NCBI GenBank assembly: GCA_016235455.1
Contig: JACRKZ010000082.1
Span: forward strand, 16,894 to 80,893
Source of the DNA: Armatimonadota bacterium
Lineage (GTDB): Bacteria > Armatimonadota > UBA10988
Reading direction: 5' to 3'
Length of the DNA: 64,000 nt
Under the pieces are notes generated by a model that saw only the letters and a program-made list of their open reading frames with translations, did no database searches and was not told where the DNA came from. This document shows, piece by piece, positions 27,801 to 34,108 of this stretch. Both the position numbers and the translations under genes were made by a program. The stretch's first letter is position 1; each line of letters begins with the position of its first letter.

Positions 27801-28659
27801 AGGTGGTGATGTTGGGGTAATCGCGATAGCGCTTGACCGTCGACTGCAGCAACGCCATCTCAGCGTCGGCCGCCGTCGTGGCATTCCACGACAGCACGCC
27901 CATGCCGCCAAGCCCAGGGTCGGCGACCGAATGGAAGCTGCCGCAGTACTGGGGCATCTTGCCGATGGCCTGGTCGCGGTAGCGGTTCAGCAACCACGAC
28001 GGCTGGCTGCAACTGATGTTGATGCCGACGGGCAGCATCTGCTCGCGCGCGGCGCGCAGGCCCCAGTCCCACCAGACGTCGTTGAGCAGCCCCTCAGCCG
28101 TGTCGACCTGATTGACCTCCTGCCAGAAGACCAGCCCGCTGTGGCCCTGCTGCGCCAGCCAGGGGAACTCGGCCGCGGTGTCGTAGGTGGCATCGTTCTG
28201 GTCCCGGGGTCGCTCCCAAGGCCGGTAGTAGAAGCGGAAGCCGTACTTGTCCCAGCGGTCCAGCCACATGGGCACCGGCACCTCGGCGGCAAACTGCGCA
28301 CCGTCCGCGACGTGGCGGCCCCGCAGCGTGGCCAGGTCGCGGTCGTCCGCGGCGGCCAGGATGACCACCTCGTGACCCACCCGCGCCGCGGCGGTCCAGC
28401 CCTGGCCGGCCACCTGCCAGGCCCGGCCAACCCGTGTCACGCCCGGCAACAGCGCCAGGTCGGAGTGATACTTGGCGGCCAGGAGCTGTGCGTGCGGCGC
28501 GTCTGCACAAGTCACCCGCAACACCGAGGCGGCGCCGCCCGGCAAGTCGACTGACGACTGCTGACCACTGACTGGGCCGAAGCCGCGCAGCGCTGTCTGC
28601 GGCAGTTCCTGGGCCCACGCACTGGCCGCCAGCAGACAGATCACCAGCCCAAATCGCAT
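24859..28659 (-). CDS. Large secreted beta-galactosidase-like glycoside hydrolase (GH42-like core, trimerisation-like domain and GH2-type sugar-binding domains)
   Basis: Signal peptide MRFGLVICLLAASAWAQ. Motifs YRRYLRATYGDLATISRRW, IDLSGAWRV..FDDSAWPTVVAPG, VWVNGRKV and VEAWVRAGGTFV. GGAG RBS. Confidence 0.75.
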   Translation of the reverse strand: MRFGLVICLLAASAWAQELPQTALRGFGPVSGQQSSVDLPGGAASVLRVTCADAPHAQLLAAKYHSDLALLPGVTRVGRAWQVAGQGWTAAARVGHEVVILAAADDRDLATLRGRHVADGAQFAAEVPVPMWLDRWDKYGFRFYYRPWERPRDQNDATYDTAAEFPWLAQQGHSGLVFWQEVNQVDTAEGLLNDVWWDWGLRAAREQMLPVGINISCSQPSWLLNRYRDQAIGKMPQYCGSFHSVADPGLGGMGVLSWNATTAADAEMALLQSTVKRYRDYPNITTWLEPHGELKHGAFDILLEHGPVADAGYRRYLRATYGDLATISRRWYGEPGRLPTWDDVRVPELASFLGWGPQAIDLSGAWRVAYPEADSPAAWSSAQFDDSAWPTVVAPGHDRTMFLPRKRALYRRTVAVPAAWRAAHAKRFLYLWDLNQDWGKPVAVWVNGRKVSETPVKHPVPHWVAADVTDVLRDGDNQITLSVPQGYLGYRVYLSGDAPLQYPALGPQRNAQWVDLVDWIGWSRVETCRRGMTMIRQADPNRQITLMAPDGYADGLKQLAVSLGGNFHNTGYMGGFYAEPLPMLMRGAGLPFSCEPGGPASDLPEFKKQLGLWLSEGIQGLDYFIHMGNVMWNQPMREHFEAQQNVIHLIGKFHQPAAQVALLMSARANALTEWPWGDDPSVNLGAGYWRWNVGAVLRSDYQRDAISESDLVPGGSAARYRVILDTNTTIMEPRLVDRVEAWVRAGGTFVTYAQTGRHTPTEPDSWPIARLTGYRVAAIDPVDASRRLAGIDGESILPAADWRDVPANGLSLAKVAPECRDLLRWADGSTAVGLRPMGRGFVVQVGCRFHGRSMFDRVEPGGNSPEMQRLARLMGQLLAWRQVPRVPATVNAEEVLLRSWETNNGLYDVWTLWNQSGTRTVTTDLTFRDRRAPTTLINVRDGQPASATGITLAPYDAVVLLSPKGQLPRAGLRWLELQRSWWRAPVIPANTPPLPEPTARFAHDLSQDWSIRAMAGDEDAAPMAKTEVDDKAWPHDRLGVWTWPGRAGVKRVLFRRRFTVPAAWRDGEVRLWLRSFFNTTFVDQGRIWLDGTLLQDWRADGLQGDDCGGRLTAGSTHTLAVEARCAGAVGGPRGTCWLAFIPKPESTLDLAGAWEPSPDGLSREAPRPLPGAWSGTMARRQVTVPESWRGKRVMLDVDAPTSLLGVIVNGTFVRRHHHLFGPRMMLEIGGWLRYDGPNELELVRSGPGAGEVRSLRLTTYAPGTYP

Positions 28660-28859
28660 CGCGCACTCTCCGCTGCGCCTCTTCGTGCCGACGAGTCGGT
28701 CACCTGCCCCAGCCAGCGCGGGCAGACCGTGTTTTGCGCTGCGCGCGCCGCCGGCCCCATGCCCCGATCCGACGGTATTTCTGCGTGTCGGAGCATTCAA
28801 CGCTTTCCGGCAGATCATAGGTCTGGACGTCAGCGCGCAGGTACGTCACACTAAGCCCT

Positions 28860-28879
28860 GATCATGCTGCGGCATGATC
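28860..28879 (+). promoter_or_regulatory. Perfect 8-bp inverted repeat next to the RBS of prepilin copy A (possible operator or hairpin)
   Basis: GATCATGC-tgcg-GCATGATC immediately followed by GAGAGGAG. Confidence 0.4.
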
Positions 28880-28896
28880 GAGAGGAGTAGCACATC

Positions 28897-29595
28897 ATGA
28901 AACAGAAGCGAGCCTTCACGCTCATCGAGCTGCTGGTGGTCATCGCCATCATCGCGATCCTCGCGGCAATCCTGTTCCCGGTGTTTGCCAAGGCCCGGGA
29001 GAAGGCGCGAACCTCGAGCTGCGCGAGCAATGAGAAGCAGATCGGCGTGGCTCTGACGCAGTACGTGCAGGACTACGACGAGCGCTATCCGGCGCGCAAC
29101 GATGCCCAGGGCATCTACTGGTCGCAGGTCATTCAGCCCTACGTCAAGAGCACTCAGACCTTCGCCTGCCCGTCGAACACCTACAACGCCAACGCCTGCG
29201 TCGGCGTGATCCAGGGCTATCCAGCCATCCCGCGCTCTTACGGCATCAATGAGCGCATCTGTGTGCAGTCACTGGCCTCGATCAACGCTCCGGCGCAGAA
29301 GATCATCGTGGCCGAGATTGCCCGTCAGAACTGGAACGATGTCGGCAGCAACTGGTGGAGCGGCACCGGCAACTGGGACCAGCTCTTCGCCGGTCACAAC
29401 CAGATGGCCAACTACCTGTTCTGCGACGGCCACGTCAAGATCATGAAGCCGACCGCCACCATGGCCTCCTTCAACATGTGGGGTTGGTTCAATGCGGGCG
29501 GTCCTGGCGACCCCGGCGCCGCCGCGCGCATCAACGACGACACCGTCTACCCGAACCCGCTCACCGGGCTCAAGAACCTCGAGAACCTGTACTGA
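28897..29595 (+). CDS. DUF1559 prepilin-type N-terminal cleavage/methylation protein with an H-X9-DG motif (copy A)
   Basis: KRA|[37 protein letters not shown] and [15 protein letters not shown]. Confidence 0.95.
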   Translation: MKQKRAFTLIELLVVIAIIAILAAILFPVFAKAREKARTSSCASNEKQIGVALTQYVQDYDERYPARNDAQGIYWSQVIQPYVKSTQTFACPSNTYNANACVGVIQGYPAIPRSYGINERICVQSLASINAPAQKIIVAEIARQNWNDVGSNWWSGTGNWDQLFAGHNQMANYLFCDGHVKIMKPTATMASFNMWGWFNAGGPGDPGAAARINDDTVYPNPLTGLKNLENLY

Positions 29596-29631
29596 TGACC
29601 AGCTGAGGCTCTGCCCGGCGGAGCCAGCGCG

Positions 29632-29670
29632 ACGGTGCCCGCGGCCCAGTGCCGCGGGCACCGTTCTTTT
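29632..29670 (+). terminator. Rho-independent terminator after prepilin copy A
   Basis: 14-bp perfect stem ACGGTGCCCGCGGC/GCCGCGGGCACCGT, 5-nt loop, then TCTTTT. Confidence 0.85.
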
Positions 29671-29737
29671 GTTGGGGCCAACCCAGACTACGAAATAGCA
29701 GTGCATCACAGTGAGAATATAGGCACGGCCAGCAGCA

Positions 29738-29807
29738 TGACAATGTCGACATTCTGTCACAGCGCGACCTATTTCGTCTTGATTTTAGGATTGATACTCG
29801 CCATTAT
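29738..29807 (+). promoter_or_regulatory. Palindromic operator-like site and sigma70-like promoter for prepilin copy B
   Basis: 12-bp palindrome AATGTCGACATT (29742-29753) flanked by TGAC/GTCA. TTGATT-17 nt-CATTAT (29779-29807) in an AT-rich patch. Confidence 0.5.
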
Positions 29808-29869
29808 TGGGAAGAAGATCCATACTGAGCGGGTCGCCGGTTCTGACCAACGACAAGGAGTATCGCACC

Positions 29870-30568
29870 ATGACCAAGAAACGAGCTTTCACGCTCATCG
29901 AGCTGCTGGTGGTCATCGCCATCATCGCGATCCTCGCGGCAATCCTGTTCCCGGTGTTTGCCAAGGCCCGCGAGAAGGCTCGAACTGCCAGTTGCGCAAG
30001 CAATGAGAAGCAGATCGGCATCGCGCTGACGCAATACGTGCAGGACTACGACGAAATGTACCCGGCGCGCAACGACGCCCAGGGCATCTACTGGTCGCAG
30101 GTCATTCAGCCGTACGTCAAGAGCACGCAGACCTTTGCCTGCCCGTCGAACACCTACAACGCCAACGCGAGCGTCGGCGTGATCCAGGGCTATCCGGCCA
30201 TCCCGCGCTCCTATGGCATCAATGAGCGCGTCTGTGTGCAGTCGTTGGCCTCGATAAACGCTCCGGCGCAGAAGATCATCGTGGCTGAGATCGCCCGTCA
30301 GAACTGGAACGACGTTGGCAGCAACTGGTGGAGCGGCACCGGCAACTGGGACCAGCTCTTCGCCGGCCACAACCAGATGGCCAACTACCTGTTCTGCGAC
30401 GGCCACGTCAAGCTCATGAAGCCGACCGCCACCATGGCCAGCTTCAACATGTGGGGTTGGTTCAACGCGGGTGGTCCTGGCGACCCCGGTGGCGCCGGGC
30501 GCATCAACGACGACACCGTCTACCCGAACCCGCTCACCGGGCTCAAGAACCTCGAGAACCTGTACTGA
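29870..30568 (+). CDS. DUF1559 prepilin-type protein with an H-X9-DG motif (copy B)
   Basis: 232 aa from ATG 29870 (AAGGAG RBS); about 10 aa differences from copy A by manual alignment. Confidence 0.95.
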   Translation: MTKKRAFTLIELLVVIAIIAILAAILFPVFAKAREKARTASCASNEKQIGIALTQYVQDYDEMYPARNDAQGIYWSQVIQPYVKSTQTFACPSNTYNANASVGVIQGYPAIPRSYGINERVCVQSLASINAPAQKIIVAEIARQNWNDVGSNWWSGTGNWDQLFAGHNQMANYLFCDGHVKLMKPTATMASFNMWGWFNAGGPGDPGGAGRINDDTVYPNPLTGLKNLENLY

Positions 30569-30677
30569 TCTGCTAGCTGCCGTCCGCCCAGCGGACCAGC
30601 CAAGGCACAGCGCCCGCGGTCATTGACTGCCGGGCGCTGTTGCATTTGGGCCGGATTCGATCTACCGTCGGGCCATC

Positions 30678-32909
30678 ATGACTTACCCACAACGCCTGGC
30701 CATACTCCGCGCGAACAAGCTGGAGCAGGTGCGCCGGAAGCTGGAACTGAGCGGACCGCGCGACGCCGACGAGCAGGGCATGGTGCCACTGCCCGACGAG
30801 GCGGCCGAGATCGTTGAGGCCGTCAGCGGCTCCGGCGTGGCGGTGCGCGATGTCATCCTGCGCGGCTTCGAGCCCAAGGCCAACCACCTCAGCGGCGGGT
30901 TCTTCGGCCCGGCGGCCTGCGGCGCCAACTTCCGCCGGCTGCTCGACGCGCACCCGGTCTACCTGCACCCGGCCAACGCCATGGCCGGCGTGTATATGGT
31001 CAACTTCCTCTCCTACCGCCGGCCGCACTGGAACCCCGACTACGACTTCTCCGAGCTTCACGCCGAACAGGCCTTGTACAAGCTCGACGCGGGCATCGGC
31101 GGTGTGCAGCACTTCTGCCCTGACCTGGCCATCGGCCTCGAGCTCGGCTGGGGCGGCTTGTTGGCCAAGGTCGACGCTCATCGGCCCGAGCATCCCGAGG
31201 CCGCGGGGTTCTACGACGGGCTGGAGTCGGTCATCGTCGGCGTGCAAGGCTGGATCGCCCGACATGCGGTCGCGGCGCGCGAACAGGCAGCGGCGTGCAA
31301 GCAGGCAGCGGCGCGCGAGCAGGCCACCGGTGACCCGACATACACGGACAACCTGCTGGCCATCGCCGAGGCCTGCGAGCACATCGTCTCCGCGCCGCCG
31401 GCGACGTTCCGCGAGGCCTGCCAGTGGCTGGTCTTCTTCCAGGCCGTGGCCAAGATGTACAACGGCAGCGGCGAGTGGGGGCAGCTCGACGAGCTGCTGC
31501 GCCCCTACTACGAGGCCGACCGCGCTGCCGGGCGGCTGGACGACGACGAAGCCGTGTTCTATCTGGCGTGCCTGCTGCTCAGCGAAACCGCTTACATCCA
31601 ACTCGGCGGCCGCGCGGCCGATGGGCACGATCTGAGCAGCCGGGTCTCGCACCTGGTGCTCGAAGCCGCGCACCAGCTCGCCACGCCGTGCAACATCGGC
31701 GTGCGCGTGGGCAGCGCGTGCAGCGCCGACCTGCTCAGCGCGGGCGTGGCCAAGGTCTTCCGCGACCGCGACGGCTGCCCCAAGTTCATCGGCGACGACG
31801 CGGTGAACGCGGGCTTCGAGCGGCTCGGCTACAGCCCCGAGACGGCCCGCTCGCGCACCTTCTCCGGCTGCCACTGGCTGGCCGTGCCGGGCCGCGAGTA
31901 CGGCATGGCCGACATGATCAAGATCGACCTGGCCCAGATCCTCGACGTCGCGTTGCGAGATGTCGAGTCGGCGCCGGCGCCCAGCGTCGACCTGCTATGG
32001 CAACGCTTCGAGCACCATCTGCAGCGCTCGGCGGCGACCATCGCCGCGGGCATCGACGTGCATCTGGCACACATGGGCGAGGTCTTCCCCGAGCTGGTGC
32101 TCGACCTGTTCTGCCACGGGCCGGTGGAGCGTGGGCTCGATGCCTCGGCCGGCGGGGTCGACTTCTACACCATCTGTGTCGACGGCGCCAGCCTGGCCAC
32201 GGTGGCCGACTCCTTCGCCGCGCTCGAGCAGCGCGTGGAGACCGAAGGGCGAATGAGCTGGACCGAGTTGCTGCGCCATCTGGACGCCAACTGGTCTGGG
32301 CCCGACGGCGAACGCGCGCGGGCCATGATGCGCGGCATCCGGCGCTTTGGCAGCGGCGGCTCGCTGGCCGACACATGGGCCGAGCGCATCTCCGCGACCT
32401 TCACGCGCATGGTGGCCGGCCCCACGCCGGGCGGCGCAACCATGGTGCCGGGCCTGTTCTCCTGGGCCAAGGTCATCGACTTCGGCAAGCGGCTGCGCGC
32501 CACGCCCAACGGCCGGCGCGCGGGCGAGCCGGTGTCGCACGGGCCCAACCCCGAGGCCGGCTGCAACGGTGGCCTGCCGGGCACACCCTCGCAAATGGCC
32601 AGCGCCGTGGCACGCGTGCAGCCGGGCTACGGCAACACCGCACCGCTGCAACTGGACATGGACCCCGGCGTTGGCGACACCGGGGCCGGCCGCCAGCGCG
32701 TCGAGGCGCTGCTGCGCGCGCATTTCGAGCTGGGCGGCACGATGATCAACCTCAACGTCATGGATCGTGAGGCCTTGCTGGCGGCCCTGGCCGAGCCCGA
32801 GCACCATCCCGACCTGATCGTTCGCGTGACCGGCTTCAGCGCGTACTTCGCCAGTTTGTCCGATGAGCTGAAGCGGTATGTGATTGACCGTGTGGTGGGC
32901 GAGCAGTAA
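30678..32909 (+). CDS. Glycyl radical enzyme (pyruvate formate-lyase superfamily), substrate unknown
   Basis: C-terminal glycine-radical loop HPDLIVRVTGFSAYF, ATPNGRRAGEPVS, ATVADSFAA and Cys loop FSGCHW. Confidence 0.88.
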   Translation: MTYPQRLAILRANKLEQVRRKLELSGPRDADEQGMVPLPDEAAEIVEAVSGSGVAVRDVILRGFEPKANHLSGGFFGPAACGANFRRLLDAHPVYLHPANAMAGVYMVNFLSYRRPHWNPDYDFSELHAEQALYKLDAGIGGVQHFCPDLAIGLELGWGGLLAKVDAHRPEHPEAAGFYDGLESVIVGVQGWIARHAVAAREQAAACKQAAAREQATGDPTYTDNLLAIAEACEHIVSAPPATFREACQWLVFFQAVAKMYNGSGEWGQLDELLRPYYEADRAAGRLDDDEAVFYLACLLLSETAYIQLGGRAADGHDLSSRVSHLVLEAAHQLATPCNIGVRVGSACSADLLSAGVAKVFRDRDGCPKFIGDDAVNAGFERLGYSPETARSRTFSGCHWLAVPGREYGMADMIKIDLAQILDVALRDVESAPAPSVDLLWQRFEHHLQRSAATIAAGIDVHLAHMGEVFPELVLDLFCHGPVERGLDASAGGVDFYTICVDGASLATVADSFAALEQRVETEGRMSWTELLRHLDANWSGPDGERARAMMRGIRRFGSGGSLADTWAERISATFTRMVAGPTPGGATMVPGLFSWAKVIDFGKRLRATPNGRRAGEPVSHGPNPEAGCNGGLPGTPSQMASAVARVQPGYGNTAPLQLDMDPGVGDTGAGRQRVEALLRAHFELGGTMINLNVMDREALLAALAEPEHHPDLIVRVTGFSAYFASLSDELKRYVIDRVVGEQ
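31272..31325 (+). repeat. 3 x 18-bp imperfect tandem repeat inside the glycyl radical enzyme gene
   Basis: GCGGCGCGCGAACAGGCA / GCGGCGTGCAAGCAGGCA / GCGGCGCGCGAGCAGGCC, encoding AAREQA AACKQA AAREQA. Confidence 0.8.
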
Positions 32910-32983
32910 GTAGGAAGGGATCGGCGGCCGTTCATGGAATAGCCATGCGAAGGCGCCTCCTCGGCCGCCTCAGGGGACTTCGC

Positions 32984-33649
32984 ATGAACGCAAGACCGTC
33001 GATGACGACTCGGGAGCTGCTGCTGTCGGCCGTGGCGGTGGCCGTTCTGAGCACCGCGCTATGGCCCGCGATCCGCCAGGTTCGCGAGCACGCCGAGGCC
33101 GATGACCAGTGCCGGACCAACCTCAAGCAGGTCGCCCTGGGCGTGCTGATGTACTCGGAAGACTACGACTCGAAGCTACCCGCCGAGAGCCAGGCGGGCA
33201 CCCAGCCGCAGGACTGGCGCGACGCGATCTACCCATACATTAAGAACGACGAGGTGCTGCAGTGCCCGCTGTGGCAAGGCGAGAAGCGCTCCAGCTACGG
33301 GTACAACGGCTTCTACCTGAGCTACCGCAGGCGCGGTCGGATGGACGCCCCGGCCCAGACGGTCCTGCTCTGCGATGCCGGGCGCGACGACGCTGGTGAG
33401 ACGCTCAAGAAGTACTACCACGTCGACCCACCGGCCATGGCCACGCACAAGTGGGTCGTGCGGCCCGACTTCAGGCACCAAGGCTGCAACGTCGCTTACG
33501 TCGATGGCCACGTCAAGCTGACGCCGACTGGCGACTTCTACCCCAGCACCGTCGCTGAGGGCGGCACCTGGAAGGGCGATGCCAAGAACCCGCCCAACCT
33601 CAAGAAGCCACCGGCGGTGGACCGCTGGTGGAGCGGCAACGGCAAGTGA
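32984..33649 (+). CDS. DUF1559/H-X9-DG family protein with a degenerate prepilin leader
   Basis: CRTNLKQVALGVLMYSEDYD, IYPYIKN....CP, SYGYN and RHQGCNVAYVDGHVK. The leader reads SMTTRELLL instead of GFTLIELL. Confidence 0.85.
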   Translation: MNARPSMTTRELLLSAVAVAVLSTALWPAIRQVREHAEADDQCRTNLKQVALGVLMYSEDYDSKLPAESQAGTQPQDWRDAIYPYIKNDEVLQCPLWQGEKRSSYGYNGFYLSYRRRGRMDAPAQTVLLCDAGRDDAGETLKKYYHVDPPAMATHKWVVRPDFRHQGCNVAYVDGHVKLTPTGDFYPSTVAEGGTWKGDAKNPPNLKKPPAVDRWWSGNGK

Positions 33650-33819
33650 CGTCTGTCAATGCAGACACGCGCCCGGGCCGCGCCGGAGCACCATCTGGCC
33701 GGGCGGAATGGCGCTCTACAGCGGACATCAAGCGCTGGCGCCGCTACGCCAAGCTCCAACTCTCATCGTTACCCACAAGTGCCGGTCGGGGCTGTGATGT
33801 CCAGATCAGCGCTGCCAGT

Positions 33820-33942
33820 GCCGGTACGCCAATCTCCAGATTGGCATCGGCCGGAGGCGAAGCCGCAGGTCGACATCGCGGCGGACCGGTGGCCAACGGT
33901 GGTCCTTCGGACCACTGCCAATCTGGAGATTGGCGTACCGGC
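33820..33942. repeat. REP-like inverted doublet (REPIN-like): two 27-bp arms, each internally palindromic
   Basis: GCCGGTACGCCAATCTCCAGATTGGCA (33820-33846) and its exact reverse complement (33916-33942). Each arm contains GCCAATCT-cc-AGATTGGC. Confidence 0.8.
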
Positions 33943-34108
33943 GTTAGCACCTGATGACCGGTGTGCAATCGGCATTCGATTCCATCCCCGACCACCGCCC
34001 ACCAGAACGCCGAATCAGTTGCGTCCGTGGTCGGCCCGCCCGGCGCGCGGGAGCCATAGCCAAGGCCGACGCGGATCTGCTATAACTCCCCGAGGAGCGC
34101 AGCTAACC

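Noticed and set aside
28897-30568. Diversity-generating retroelement template/variable repeat pair
   Set aside because: Mismatches between the copies are mostly synonymous third-position C/T/G changes and are not adenine-specific. Both copies are full genes, and there is no reverse transcriptase in the window.
33659-34108. 150-aa N-terminal extension of the NPCBM glycosidase ORF
   Set aside because: It runs through the REP doublet. The RBS, a TGCTATAAC promoter-like box and the signal peptide all point to ATG 34109.
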